Assembly (NCBI GenBank): GCA_963844035.1
Contig: CAWJMT010000004.1
Location: forward strand, 224,001-288,000
DNA: 64,000 bases
Direction: 5' to 3'
Source of the DNA: an uncultured Gemmatimonadales bacterium
GTDB lineage: Bacteria; Gemmatimonadota; Gemmatimonadetes; Gemmatimonadales; GWC2-71-9
Below are positions 1 to 11,814 of this stretch, in pieces (the first letter of the stretch is position 1; each line of letters starts with the position of its first letter). The notes beneath the pieces were generated by a model. The model made no database searches. It was not told where the DNA came from and was given only the letters and a program-made list of their open reading frames with translations. Both the position numbers and the translations under genes were made by a program.

Positions 1-317
1 TCTTCATTATTGCGTCTGGGGAAGTACGGATCTCCCGGACGATCCCGGGCTCCGGTGAGGAGGCGCTCGCGGTGCTCAAGCCCGGCGCCTGCTTCGGCGA
101 GATGTCCATTTTCGACCGCTCGGAGCGCTCCACCGACGCGATCGCCAACACCGCCTGCATCCTGACCACCATCTCCCGCTCCGATTTCGAGCTGCTCCTC
201 GACTTCAATCGCGACATCGCGTACAAGATCCTCTGGTGCGTCGTGCGGCTGCTCTCCGCCCGGTTGCGGGTGACGAACGACAACCTGCGATCGTTCCTCG
301 CGATGTCCATGTTCTAG
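1..317 (+). CDS. cyclic-nucleotide-binding domain protein (Crp/Fnr-like), 5' truncated by window edge
   Basis: Frame open from position 3: FIIASGEVRISR...LKPGACFGEMSIFDRSERSTDA, a cNMP-binding fold signature. Confidence 0.85.
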   Translation, partial: FIIASGEVRISRTIPGSGEEALAVLKPGACFGEMSIFDRSERSTDAIANTACILTTISRSDFELLLDFNRDIAYKILWCVVRLLSARLRVTNDNLRSFLAMSMF

Positions 318-323
318 GATGGA

Positions 324-717
324 GTGCCCATGAACGGGTTGGCCCCGTATGCCGCGTTCATCATGCGTCTCGCCGTCGGGGGCGTCTTCCTGACCCACGG
401 GATCGCCAAGTTCCACGACCGGCCTCCCCGCGGTCGCGGGATCCCTGCACGGGATGCATGTCCCGTTCGCGTCGCTCTTCGCGCTCGTGATCACCGCGGT
501 CGAGACGCTGGGCGCGGCCTGCGTCCTGCTCGGGATCTTCACACGGTTCTGGGCGGCGTGCATGGCGGTCGAGATGATAGTCGCTGTGGCGGCGGTGAAG
601 TTCCCGCAGAGGGGCAACATCGAGCTCGAAGCGCTGCTGCTGGCGGGCGCCGTCGCGCTGGTCGCCCTGGGGGACGGACCGCTCAGCATCGCGATCGGTT
701 TGAAGCGCCGCGGCTAG
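324..717 (+). CDS. DoxX family membrane protein (apparent frameshift ~420-450)
   Basis: MRLAVGGVFLTHGIAKF in ORF 324 continues as AVETLGAACVLLGIFTRFWA...GDGPLSI in ORF 454..717. Confidence 0.85.
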
Positions 718-728
718 GCGGCGCGGGA

Positions 729-1848
729 TCAGTTCAGGATGCGCAGCAGCCCGGCCTCGGCGCTTCCCTTGATGAAGCTTTCCGGATCGGTGGCGGGGAT
801 CGCGATCCCCGTTTGCCGCCGCCCGCGGCGCGCGCTGGCGGCCATGTAGTCCTCGAGTGAGCCGTCGGCCCACTCGGCAGCGTCGTCTTTCATCTGCCAC
901 ACGATTTCTTCCCACGTGCCGACATACGTCACGCCGGTCGGTGTGCTCACCCGGTGGATCTCTCCCGCCCCGGAGCGCGTGCGCATCCCTTTGAGCTCGG
1001 TGAGCAGCGTGCCGAACAGCTCGAGCTGGCGGGGATCGCGAACCTGGCCGTCGGGCCCTGTGGCCTCGATTTCCGCCAGCATCAGCTCGTCCGGGTCGTC
1101 GACGGCGGCCAGATCTTCGAGACGCCGGTGCCACGGGACCAGCTCGGGGTCATTCTCCGCCAGGCGGTAGACCGTCTTTTTCAGCTCGATCAGGCGCCAG
1201 ATCGCCAGTCCGTCGAAGTGGTCGTCCGGCTCGGTACGCTCCAGGTGGAACAGCGCCGCCTCGTACTCCCCACGGTCGTAGAGCAGGTTGGCCAGATAGA
1301 CGCGTGACTCCCCGTGACTCGCATCGAGCTCGAGCGCCTTGCGCAGTGAAGCGAGCGCCCCCGGCTCGTCCCCCAGCCGGTGCGCCGCGTATCCCACGCA
1401 GGCGGCCCCGTCCGCCGACTCCGGGTGCGCGGCGGCGGCCACCTCGAAGAAACGGCGCGCGTGGTCGAGCACCCCTTCCCGGAACAATGCCCGTCCCACC
1501 TGAAGCATCAGATCGTGATCGTCGTGGAATCCCAGCTCCAGGATGCGGTCGAAACAACCCACCGCCGCGGTGCGCTCGCCGAGCTTGAGCAGCACCTCGC
1601 CGTAGACCGGCGATCACATCTTCGTGGTCAGGGTCGAGTCCGAGCGCGTCGCCGAATGCCCTGCGCGCCCACGCGTATTCCTCGCGGGCGAGGCGCGCGT
1701 ATCCCATGCCGACGTGGAGCTCGATGGCGTTCGGGTAGAGCGCCAGTCCCTCCCGCAGTGCCTCGATCGCTTCGTCGTAGCGTGCTTCGTTGTAAAGCTG
1801 ATGTGCTCGTTCGTCGTATTCGTCGGAACTGAGGAACGGGTCCGACAT
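729..1848 (-). CDS. tetratricopeptide-repeat protein with an unassigned C-terminal domain (frameshift ~1605)
   Basis: TPR-like helices in ORF 1150..1848 (N-term) and ORF 729..1595 (C-term). Confidence 0.8.
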
Positions 1849-1933
1849 CGAACGGCCTCCCGGGAAGGTTGTGCTATCATACGAAACGGCGAGCGGTTAC
1901 ACAAGCGATGACCGGTTGCTATGTTGTTCGCTC

Positions 1934-3166
1934 ATGACCACCACGCTCGTCGCGCTCGCCGACGGCTCCGTGACATCCCCACGCGGCTTCACCGCCGCCG
2001 CCGCGTCGGCCGGCCTCAAGGCCGACGGCGCGCTCGACGTTGCACTGCTCGTCAGCGCGACGAGCTGTGCCACCGCCGGCGTCTTCACTCGAAACGCCGT
2101 GCGGGCGGCGCCCGTCACGTACGACGCCGACTTGCTGACCGAACGGCCCGGACGGATCCGGGCCGTCGCGATGAACGCGCGCGTCGCCAACGCGTGCACC
2201 GGCGCACCGGGGCTCGAAGCCGCGCGCGCCATGGCGCAGGCGGCGGAGCAGGCGGCCGCGTTGCCGCCGCGCACCGCCCTGGTGCTCTCCACCGGAGTCA
2301 TCGGCGTGCCGCTCCCGGTCGCACAGGTGACCGACGGGCTGCGCCAGGCCGCCGGCCGGCTCTCGGCAACCGGGGGCATCGACGCAGCCCGCGCGATCAT
2401 GACCACCGACACGCGGGTGAAGCACTGCGCCGTCCGCCTCGACACGCCCCACGGTCCGATCATCGTCGGCGGGATCGCCAAGGGCGCCGGCATGATCCAC
2501 CCCGACCTTGCGACGCTGCTCGCGGTGTTGACCACCGATGCGGTCGCCGAACCCGCGGCGCTGGCGCCGCTGTTCCATCGCGTGGTCGACCGGACGTTCA
2601 ATGCGATTTCGGTGGACGGCGACACCAGCACGAACGACACCGTGTTGCTGCTCGCCGGCGGCGCGTCGGGCGTGGACCCGGCGCGCGACGGCGCCCTCTG
2701 GGTCCAGTTCGAGGAAGCGGTCCTGCTCGTGGCACGGACGCTGGCGCTGGCGATCGTGGCCGACGGGGAGGGTGCGACCAAGATGCTGGAAATCCAGATC
2801 GTGGGAGCGGCCAGCGAGCGGGCGGCGCGCGAGGTCGGGCGGGCGATCGCGCGCTCGGCGCTGGTCAAAACGGCGATCTTTGGCGCCGATCCCAACTGGG
2901 GGCGGGTGCTCGCCGCGGCCGGCGCCGCCGGGGTCCCGCTGGCGGCGGATCGCCTGAGCCTCCAGGCAGCTGGGAACGGTGAATGGATCACCCTCGCCAC
3001 CGGCGGCGCCACCGCCCACCCGGATCCCGTCCAAGCCCGCGCCGTGTTCGAGCAAAAAGCCATCCGCCTCCGACTCGACCTTGGCGTCGGTCGAGCGGAG
3101 GCGGTGGTGTGGACCTGCGACTTGACCCCGGACTACATCAGGATCAACGCCGACTATACGTCGTAG
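1934..3166 (+). CDS. argJ: ornithine acetyltransferase / N-acetylglutamate synthase ArgJ
   Basis: AGVFTRN, STGVIG, IMTTDT, KGAGMIHPDLAT, VDGDTSTND, DGEGATK, DPNWGR motifs. Confidence 0.97.
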   Translation: MTTTLVALADGSVTSPRGFTAAAASAGLKADGALDVALLVSATSCATAGVFTRNAVRAAPVTYDADLLTERPGRIRAVAMNARVANACTGAPGLEAARAMAQAAEQAAALPPRTALVLSTGVIGVPLPVAQVTDGLRQAAGRLSATGGIDAARAIMTTDTRVKHCAVRLDTPHGPIIVGGIAKGAGMIHPDLATLLAVLTTDAVAEPAALAPLFHRVVDRTFNAISVDGDTSTNDTVLLLAGGASGVDPARDGALWVQFEEAVLLVARTLALAIVADGEGATKMLEIQIVGAASERAAREVGRAIARSALVKTAIFGADPNWGRVLAAAGAAGVPLAADRLSLQAAGNGEWITLATGGATAHPDPVQARAVFEQKAIRLRLDLGVGRAEAVVWTCDLTPDYIRINADYTS

Positions 3167-3168
3167 CC

Positions 3169-3369
3169 CTACTTGCCGCTGTCATGCGGTGCAGCCTTGG
3201 GCGCCGCCGGTTTGGCGGTCTTCTCGGGGTGCGAGCTTTTCTTGTTCGAGTGCTTCTTGGTCTTCGCCGAGTCGGGGTGCTGCGTAATAACCGTGGTGTG
3301 TGACGGCTCGGCTGCCACGAGCGCCGGAACAGCGACCAGGGCAGCGACCAGCATGATGCGATAGAGCAT
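3169..3369 (-). CDS. small secreted Lys-rich protein
   Basis: Signal peptide MLYRIMLVAALVAVPALVAA, then a low-complexity K/H/S/P tail; GGAGG RBS upstream. Confidence 0.65.
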   Translation of the reverse strand: MLYRIMLVAALVAVPALVAAEPSHTTVITQHPDSAKTKKHSNKKSSHPEKTAKPAAPKAAPHDSGK

Positions 3370-3456
3370 GGTGTGGTACCTCCCGAGGAAATTGTGAATG
3401 GGAGACCCGAATTAGCTCGCCGCCGTCACGCTCGGTCCCGCGTTGGAACACGCGAC

Positions 3457-4122
3457 CTACGGTTTGTGCGCGCTCACCGGGGGCCGTCGCGCACCCTCGA
3501 CCGCTGACTGCGCGGGCGGCGGCGGTGCCGGCACATTCGGCAGCTCCGCCCGCACCCGCGCCAGCGCCTCCGTGTGGGTGCGCCCCCGCTGCAGCTCCTG
3601 GATGGCAGCACCCGATACATCGAGCAGCCGCAAGCCGTGCACACCCTCCCCGACCGCCCCGAGGATCAGGTCCGCCGCGGAGTCCGGGGTGAATCCGTGG
3701 GCTACCAGATCGGCGAGCGCGTGGAACGCGGAGCTCCGCGGCTGGCCCGGGAGGGCGGAGACCACGCGCTCGACCATGGCGGGTGTCAGCCCGCGCTTGA
3801 GCGCCCACGTCACGGCGGTCACTTCGACGGTCGTGACCGGCGGGGCGTCGCCGGCCCGGACCAGCAGGGCGCGCGCGCTGCGCAGTTGCTCGATGTCGAG
3901 CGCCACCGCCTTGGCGATCAAGTCGGCCGGGATTTGCTTCGTGCCTCCCTCGATCGCCTTCTGAATGAGCGGCTCCGTTGGAAGACTCTCCGCGGCGGCA
4001 ACTCCGATAGCCGAGTCGAGGAAGGGGATGCTCGCCGCCGGCACGCGCCCTTCGAGGCGTGACCGGACGGACTGCCCCATGAGGGGCGACGCAACGCAGA
4101 GCAGCACCAGCGCCAGCCTCAT
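3457..4122 (-). CDS. secreted hypothetical helical protein
   Basis: MRLALVLLCVASPLMG signal peptide; ATGA overlap with the upstream gene. Confidence 0.7.
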   Translation of the reverse strand: MRLALVLLCVASPLMGQSVRSRLEGRVPAASIPFLDSAIGVAAAESLPTEPLIQKAIEGGTKQIPADLIAKAVALDIEQLRSARALLVRAGDAPPVTTVEVTAVTWALKRGLTPAMVERVVSALPGQPRSSAFHALADLVAHGFTPDSAADLILGAVGEGVHGLRLLDVSGAAIQELQRGRTHTEALARVRAELPNVPAPPPPAQSAVEGARRPPVSAHKP

Positions 4123-4724
4123 TGCGAGAGCGGCCGTACGATCAACAGGGAGTTCTGACGGCCAAAACCATCCGCGACGAATCGCCCGGCGAGTGGATCG
4201 ACCACCCATCGTTCGCCATCGACCACGAACATGTACTCGTGGGTCCCTTCCGGGAGGACGACCGCCGCGCGCCACACGCCGTCGTGGTCCCGGTCTTCGA
4301 GCGGGAGTGAGGCGGGGCCCCAATCGTTGAACGAGCCCACAACGTGCACCGACCGGGCGCCGGGGAACCGCCCGACAAATTGGGCGACCCCTTCCGCGTC
4401 GCCGAGGTGGAGGCCCGACTCGGTGGTGGGCAGAACGGCAAGCAACAGGATGGCCGCGACGAGACCCAGGCTCCACACCGGCCGCATCCGAAGCACCACC
4501 GCGTGGGGCCTGACCGCCCAGCGCAGCAGCCGCTGGCCCGCGGACGTTGCGGGGCGCTGGATCGCGGCCATCACGCGCTGCTCGACGCTTCCCGCCACGC
4601 GCGTGGCGAGTAGCTCCGCCGCCCGGCCCAGCTGGTCGGCGTCGTGGCGATGCTCCGCGGCCAGCATGGCCGGCGGAATTTCGCCGTCCAACACCTTGTG
4701 GATCGTCGGATCGATCGGATTCAC
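4119..4724 (-). CDS. putative anti-sigma factor with C-terminal CBM48 / isoamylase early-set (glycogen-binding) domain
   Basis: Short N-terminal helical part, one TM helix, then ARSVHVVGSFNDW...GVW...LPEGTHEYMFVVDGERWVVDP...DGFG. Confidence 0.85.
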   Translation of the reverse strand: MNPIDPTIHKVLDGEIPPAMLAAEHRHDADQLGRAAELLATRVAGSVEQRVMAAIQRPATSAGQRLLRWAVRPHAVVLRMRPVWSLGLVAAILLLAVLPTTESGLHLGDAEGVAQFVGRFPGARSVHVVGSFNDWGPASLPLEDRDHDGVWRAAVVLPEGTHEYMFVVDGERWVVDPLAGRFVADGFGRQNSLLIVRPLSQ

Positions 4725-5269
4725 TCGTACTCCTTCAGCGCTTCGAGCAGCGCTTCGCGCGCGCGATGCACGCGCATCTTGAGCGTGGGGATCCGCTCCC
4801 CGGTCGCCGCAGCCATTTCTTCGTAACTCAGTCCCTCGACGTGTTTGAGGAGGAACGCTTCGCGTTTCTCCGGTGACAGCGTCATCAGCGCCCGCTCGAC
4901 CAGGGCCAGCTCCTCCGCCCGCTCGAGCGCCGCCTCGGTGTCCGCCGGGTCCGCCACCGGTGGCGCGTCATCGAGCGGTATGTCGCCCGTCGGCCGCAGC
5001 GCCAAGTGACTCTTGCACCGGTTCGCCACGATCCGGTAGAGCCACGTTCTGAGGCGCGCGGGATCACGGCAGCTGGCAAGGTGGCGATAGGCCCGGACGA
5101 GACCCTCCGCGACGGCATCCTCCGCGGCGTCCTGGCTGCCGAGCATCCGCGTGGCGTAGCGCAACAAGCCCGGCTCGTAGCGGCGAATCAGCAGGCCGAA
5201 CGCCTCCTGCTCACCGCTCAGAACCCTCGCCACGATCTCGGCGTCCGACGGCCCTTCACTTACGTCCAT
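4721..5269 (-). CDS. ECF RNA polymerase sigma-70 factor
   Basis: Region 2 (DAAEDAV...TWLYRIVAN) and region 4 (LSPEKREAFLLKHVEGLSYEEMA...VHRAR). Confidence 0.95.
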   Translation of the reverse strand: MDVSEGPSDAEIVARVLSGEQEAFGLLIRRYEPGLLRYATRMLGSQDAAEDAVAEGLVRAYRHLASCRDPARLRTWLYRIVANRCKSHLALRPTGDIPLDDAPPVADPADTEAALERAEELALVERALMTLSPEKREAFLLKHVEGLSYEEMAAATGERIPTLKMRVHRAREALLEALKEYE

Positions 5270-5382
5270 GAGACCTGCATCGGGAGCAAGGCGTCACGCT
5301 ACATCCCCGTCGCGGTACCGCGCCAGGGCGGGCGCCTCATGCGCGCACAGGTCCGCGCGTTGCCGGGGGGAACAGTGGGACC

Positions 5383-6910
5383 TTAGGGAAGGGGCAAGAC
5401 CGATTGCGCCACGGCGAGGTAGCTCGAGGCCCGGATCTCATCCCCGGCTCGCATCCCCGCGAACGCTTCCAGGGTGGCTTCGGCCCGGCGACGATACGCG
5501 GGCTCCCCTGTCGCGTCGGCGAGCTGGAGCAGCATGCGCGCCGCCCACGCGTTCGCGCCCGGGAGCAGGTCGTCCCAGATCGGCTTGAGCCGGTCGGCGA
5601 GTGCCGGCGCCGCCACAGCGGTTTGCGGCGTGTCGAAGTAGCCGCCCGTAGGGTCGGCGAAATCGCGCGCGAGAATCATGGCCAGGTCTTCGGCCACCGC
5701 GAGGTAGCGCACCGACCCCGTCGCCCCGTACGCGGCGAGGGAGGCGCTGGCAACATGCACCTGATCCTGGAGCAGTGCCCCGGCCGCGCCGTCCCCGCCG
5801 ACCACGTGCCGCACGCCCCGTCCGCGCACGTACGCATGCCGGAGCAGCGTGTCGAGCGCGCCGAGAGCGTGCGCCGGCGCCACCGAGTCGTCTACCGCGA
5901 GCGACGCCTCGAGCACCGCCTCGATCACGTACGCTTCGCGGTCGGCGAACACGGGTTGGTCCTTGGCACGGCCCACCTTCGGCTCGAGCGAGTGCAGCAT
6001 GCGGCGCGCCGCGTCGCGATAGCGCGGCTCCCCGGCGAACACCCAGCCGACGGCCAGATTCCGCAGCATCCCCGCGCGGGCCACGCCCTGCGGCTCGTGG
6101 CGCTCACTCGTGGCGGCGACCGCCGCGCCCGAATCCGCAAGGAAGTCGAGCACGCCGCGCGCTACCGCCAGGCCGCTCGTGTCCCCTCCGCGCGCGGCCG
6201 CGGCAAACAGCAGCACAGCCGCGGGGCTGTCCAGTAGCCCGCTGAGCGACGCGCGCCCCGCCAGGGCCTCCGCCAGGGCGACGCGTACCCGCTCAATTCC
6301 CGCCCCGACCGCGCGCGGCTGCGAGCACTCCGTGCGCCCCGACCTCACCCTGGTACGCCAACTGTTGCACCAGGGCCGCCTGGCGCACGACGAAGAGCCG
6401 GTTCTGCGCGAAGCTCCGAGCCACCTCGGGGAGGATCTGCTTGATGCCGCGGCCGGTGAGGGGATCGTCCGCAGGAAAGTAGGTACCGCCAAAGAACGCC
6501 AAACCCTCCGGCGTGAGAAACACCGTGAGGGGGTAGCCGCGCAAACCCGTCAGCAGAGTTACCGCGTTCTGGTAGCGGCGGGCGATCTCGGGGTGCTCGT
6601 CGCGATCGAGGCGAACCGGCACGAAGAGCGAATCGATCACCGCGGCGAGCGTGGCGTTGGCAAAGGTCTCGCGATCCATCGCGGCGCACCAGCGGCAATC
6701 CTCGGCGGCGATATACAGCAGAATGGGTCGATCCAGGCGGGCCGCCAATGAGAAGACTTCCCGGCCCCACGCCTGCCAGCTCACCGGCTCGCGCGCCGCG
6801 CGGGCCAGGTAGCGGGTGTTCGACTGCGCCATCTGGTTTGTGAGCTTACCGCGCTCGGCCACGCAGGCGAGCGCACATGGCAGCAGCGCGAGAACGGCTA
6901 GCGGGCGCAT
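5383..6910 (-). CDS. thioredoxin-domain (DUF255) / six-hairpin glycosidase-like YyaL/SPATA20-type lipoprotein (frameshift ~6300-6390)
   Basis: YLARAAREPVSWQAWG, CRWCAAMDRETF, GYPLTVFLTPEG, GGTYFP; C-term DFADPTGGYFDT. Confidence 0.85.
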
Positions 6911-7011
6911 GGTAGCGGAGGTTCACATACCCGAGCGATCGACAGCCCGTTCCGTCTCGCGTTCATTTCTGCTCTTGGTCCTTGGGGCGCCCAAGTAGTA
7001 CTTTCCCCCCC

Positions 7012-7257
7012 ATGAGCGAATCTCCCCTGATTATCACCGTGAAGCCGAACGGCCCCCTGGTCGTCCAGGGCATAGTCCCGGTCATGACCCTCGACGGCCG
7101 GGATCTGCCGGTCCCCCCCCGAAAGGACGGTCGGCCGGCGGAAGTCGTTGTCCTGTGCCGATGTGGAGGGTCTGCCATCAAGCCGTTTTGTGACGGAACT
7201 CACAAACGGAACGGGTTTTCCGACGCCCCTGCCGTTGACCCGGCTCCCACAGGCTGA
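7012..7257 (+). CDS. CDGSH iron-sulfur domain protein
   Basis: NGPLVVQG...LCRCGGSAIKPFCDGTH. Confidence 0.92.
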   Translation: MSESPLIITVKPNGPLVVQGIVPVMTLDGRDLPVPPRKDGRPAEVVVLCRCGGSAIKPFCDGTHKRNGFSDAPAVDPAPTG

Positions 7258-7365
7258 GCACGGCGTATTATGTTGTGACCGTCTTTGGGGGGGGCGGTTA
7301 CCGCGGAGCGAGGCAACCCCCGACTCGCCCTGCCCCCTGCCCCCTGCCCCTAACGGAGGAGTGAT

Positions 7366-7542
7366 ATGGCGAAGGCTGGAAAGACTCCGATGGCTGCGGA
7401 TGAGGGCTATTGCGTCAAATGCAAGGCAAAGCGCACCGTCTCGAATGGGCAGGTCGTGAAGATGGCGAACGGCCGGCCAGCACTGAAGGGCGTATGCCCC
7501 GTGTGCGGCACCGGCATGTTTAAGATCCTGCCGCCGAAGTAA
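7366..7542 (+). CDS. small zinc-ribbon protein, DUF5679-like (58 aa; below the ORF-track cutoff)
   Basis: GGAGGAG RBS; own translation MAKAGKTPMAADEGYCVKCKAKRTVSNGQVVKMANGRPALKGVCPVCGTGMFKILPPK with two CxxC pairs. Confidence 0.85.
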   Translation: MAKAGKTPMAADEGYCVKCKAKRTVSNGQVVKMANGRPALKGVCPVCGTGMFKILPPK

Positions 7543-7564
7543 GGCTCCGACCCAACTGCGTCGT

Positions 7565-7598
7565 CGAAGCCCCCGGCCGTTTCGCGCCGGGGGCTTCG
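7565..7598. terminator. GC-rich hairpin between convergent genes (probable bidirectional terminator)
   Basis: CGAAGCCCCCGGC-cgtttcgc-GCCGGGGGCTTCG, a perfect 13-bp stem. Confidence 0.7.
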
Positions 7599-8181
7599 TC
7601 ATTTCACCCGGCGGCTCCCATCTCCCTGATAGGCATAGCGGAACGTCAGGCACGCGGTGCCCCCATCCTTGCAGTAGTAGGCGAGGAGCTCGAGCTTGGC
7701 GTACTTGCCCTGCGGCGTGCGCAGCCCATAGACGTGATGCTTGGACATCAGCAGATGGCTGAGCATGCTGTACTCATACCACTTCCCCACGGCGGGATTG
7801 GTCGAGTCCCCTACCACGGGGTTGGGTACGTAGCCCAGCCTCCGGAAGCTCGACTACCGAGTCGAAGGGCACCATGCCCAGATCGACCATGCCCCCGCCC
7901 GGTCCGGTAATCACGTGAAACCGCCGAAAGGCAACGTCCCAGGGTCCGAGTCTCACGACGGCGGACCGCTCGAAGTCGAAGTGGCGCCACCGATCGGTCG
8001 CGGCCGCGTCGAGCGTGTACGTAGCCGGGCCCACCAGCGTGTCGCCCACGACGACCTCGGTGGCGGACGCTCAGCGTGTAGGGCGGCAGCTCGGGCTTCA
8101 CGAACGAGCCGATGATGAGGGCGCCGACCAGGAGCAGGAACGCCGCCGCCATCGCGAGAACCAGGATCGGGGGGCGCCGGC

Positions 8182-8185
<4 letters not shown>
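7599..8185 (-). CDS. HmuY family protein (two apparent frameshifts)
   Basis: Pieces TLDAAATDRWRHFDF, WDVAFRRFHV, WYEYSMLSHLL, VYGLRTPQGKYAKLELLAYYC..TFRY across three ORFs; GTGA overlap with pruA. Confidence 0.8.
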
Positions 8186-9810
<1,625 letters not shown>

Positions 9811-9878
9811 ACGCGTGCAATCTTAATCGTTCCAGGCCGCCGGCGTACGGTACGGAACCCGACATTGTTCAGGGAGTG

Positions 9879-10355
9879 ATGACCATCGACCCCAAGACCC
9901 GCATCGGGCATGTGCACCTCACCGTGTCCGACCTCGAGCGCGCGCTGGTGTTCTATCGCGATGCACTCGGGTTCGAGGTAACCTCGCGCTACGGACCGGA
10001 CGCTGTATTCCTCTCGGCGGGCGGCTATCACCACCACATCGGCCTGAACACCTGGGCCGGCCGCGGTGCCCCTCAACCGGCCCGAGGAACGACGGGCCTG
10101 TATCACTTCGCGGTCCTCTATCCGGACCGGGGCGCGCTCGCGCGCGCGGTGCGCCGCGCGCTGGACCATGGGGTGCGGCTGGAGGGCGCTGCCGATCACG
10201 GCGTGAGCGAAGCGGTGTACCTCAGGGATCCCGACGGAAATGGCGTGGAGTTGTATCGCGACCGTCCCGACCGCGAGTGGCCGCGTGCGCCCGATGGCAG
10301 CCTCACCATGCACACGCTCCCACTCGATCTGCAGGCGCTGCTGTCGGAGGTGTAG
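9879..10355 (+). CDS. VOC/glyoxalase family protein (CatE-like)
   Basis: IGHVHLTVSDL, GGYHHHIGLNTW, GLYHFA, DHGVSEAVYLRDPDGNGVELY. Confidence 0.92.
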   Translation: MTIDPKTRIGHVHLTVSDLERALVFYRDALGFEVTSRYGPDAVFLSAGGYHHHIGLNTWAGRGAPQPARGTTGLYHFAVLYPDRGALARAVRRALDHGVRLEGAADHGVSEAVYLRDPDGNGVELYRDRPDREWPRAPDGSLTMHTLPLDLQALLSEV

Positions 10356-10369
10356 ACGGGACCGGGGCC

Positions 10370-11527
10370 TCAGGCGGGGGCGCCGGACGGCGGCTGCCGT
10401 CCGGATGGGCCCTCTGGTGAGCGCTGGGCGGGGATCGGCAGCGTGACGGTAACGGTGGTGCCCACGTCCACGACCGATTCCACGTTAATCGTCCCGCCGA
10501 ACATGTTCTGCACCACATCCTGCACCAGCGTCAGCCCCATCCCGGCGCCCTCGCCGAAGCCCTTCGTGGTGAATCCGGACTCGAACAGCCGCTCGAGGCT
10601 CATCGCCGATATTCCGTGGCCTTCGTCCCGCACGGTGAGTCGCAGCGACAGACCCGCGCGCTCCAGACCGACGCGCACGCCCCCCGGGCGGCCGGCTGAC
10701 GCGTCGGCGGCGTTCCGGATCAGGTTCACCAGCGCGTCGTACAGCGCATTCGGATCGCCCAACAGAAACAGGGGCTCGAGCGCGCCGTCGAGCACGAGCG
10801 ACACGCGATCTTTGAGCACGCGCCCTTCGAGCGTGCAGCAGGACTGTACGACGCGGGTGGCGTCGAACCGCTCCCAGCGGGCGAGCGCGCCGCGCGCTCG
10901 ATCCCTCACCGCGCGCAGGAACTGCATGCCACGGTCGAGGTCTTCCAGCACGTCACCCAGATCGTCCAGCAGCTCAACGCGCCGGCCGACACCCACGTCG
11001 CTGAAGCCGGCAATCGCCTCCATCATGAGCTGCAGCGTCGCGCGCACGGTCGTGAGGCGATTGCCCAGCTCGTGCGCGATGATGCCGGGGAGATTCGTCA
11101 GGTCGCGCAGCGGGTTGACGCCGGCGGGGACCGGCGCCCCGGTCGTGTGCGAGTCGACCAGGCCGACGCACAAGGCGGCGAGCTCGAGGGTCAGGCGCTC
11201 CGGACCCCGCCGCTCGTGCCCACCCGGAGGCGGGGCGGGAGGGCGAACCCGCACGGGCGCGATCACCCAGGCATCGGCACCGTCGGCGCGGCAGCCCACC
11301 CAGCGGCTCCCCTGGAAGATCGGGACGTTCCAGCGCCGCAAGGCGGTGCGTACCTCGTGCGAGCTCACCGGCAGCGCCGGGGAGGTCCCCCACGAGAGGC
11401 GCGGCTCAAGCTCCGCCCGGGCGGACACTTCCCACAACGTCACAGCCCGGCCGCCGAGCGCTACGCTCGCCTGGCGGAGGATCTCCTGTCTGCCCTGGTC
11501 AACAGTTTGCTGTCCGGTCACGCGCAC
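10370..11527 (-). CDS. sensor histidine kinase (HisKA + HATPase)
   Basis: IAHELGNRLT H-box; NLIRNAADA, DEGHGI, FTTK, GMGL. Confidence 0.88.
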   Translation of the reverse strand: MRVTGQQTVDQGRQEILRQASVALGGRAVTLWEVSARAELEPRLSWGTSPALPVSSHEVRTALRRWNVPIFQGSRWVGCRADGADAWVIAPVRVRPPAPPPGGHERRGPERLTLELAALCVGLVDSHTTGAPVPAGVNPLRDLTNLPGIIAHELGNRLTTVRATLQLMMEAIAGFSDVGVGRRVELLDDLGDVLEDLDRGMQFLRAVRDRARGALARWERFDATRVVQSCCTLEGRVLKDRVSLVLDGALEPLFLLGDPNALYDALVNLIRNAADASAGRPGGVRVGLERAGLSLRLTVRDEGHGISAMSLERLFESGFTTKGFGEGAGMGLTLVQDVVQNMFGGTINVESVVDVGTTVTVTLPIPAQRSPEGPSGRQPPSGAPA

Positions 11528-11685
11528 TCCGGTCGGTGCGACAGTCCCGCCCGTGGGCCGCGTGCACGTCGTCCGTGGCCTGTGACCATCTATCCCGATT
11601 GTCAGGGGGCGCGCCTACATATTGGGGGATTCCAGGTGGGCGTCAAGCAACGGGTTGCGCCGCGACCACGCCGGCGCAGTGCGCG

Positions 11686-11714
11686 TTGACACATTCTCGG
11701 GGTACGTCTAGGTT
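11686..11714 (+). promoter_or_regulatory. sigma70-type promoter
   Basis: TTGACA (11686-11691), 17-nt spacer, TAGGTT (11709-11714). Confidence 0.7.
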
Positions 11715-11770
11715 CGGGGACCGAAGCTCAAACCGGCACGCGGGACGGCCCAGCGTGACCGTGCAGGCGA

Positions 11771-11798
11771 GGCCCGTGATCGGCGCGGGCCCTTTTTT
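11771..11798 (+). terminator. intrinsic terminator inside the 5' leader of the histidine kinase gene
   Basis: GGCCCGTG-atcgg-CGCGGGCC-c-TTTTTT, just upstream of the GGGAGG RBS. Confidence 0.7.
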
Positions 11799-11814
11799 GC
11801 TACCGGGAGGCACC

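Noticed and set aside
11742..11751. Guanidine-II (mini-ykkC) riboswitch suggested by the GGG-ACGG-CCC hairpin
   Set aside because: That class needs two ACGR-loop hairpins. Only one is present and no guanidine-related gene follows.
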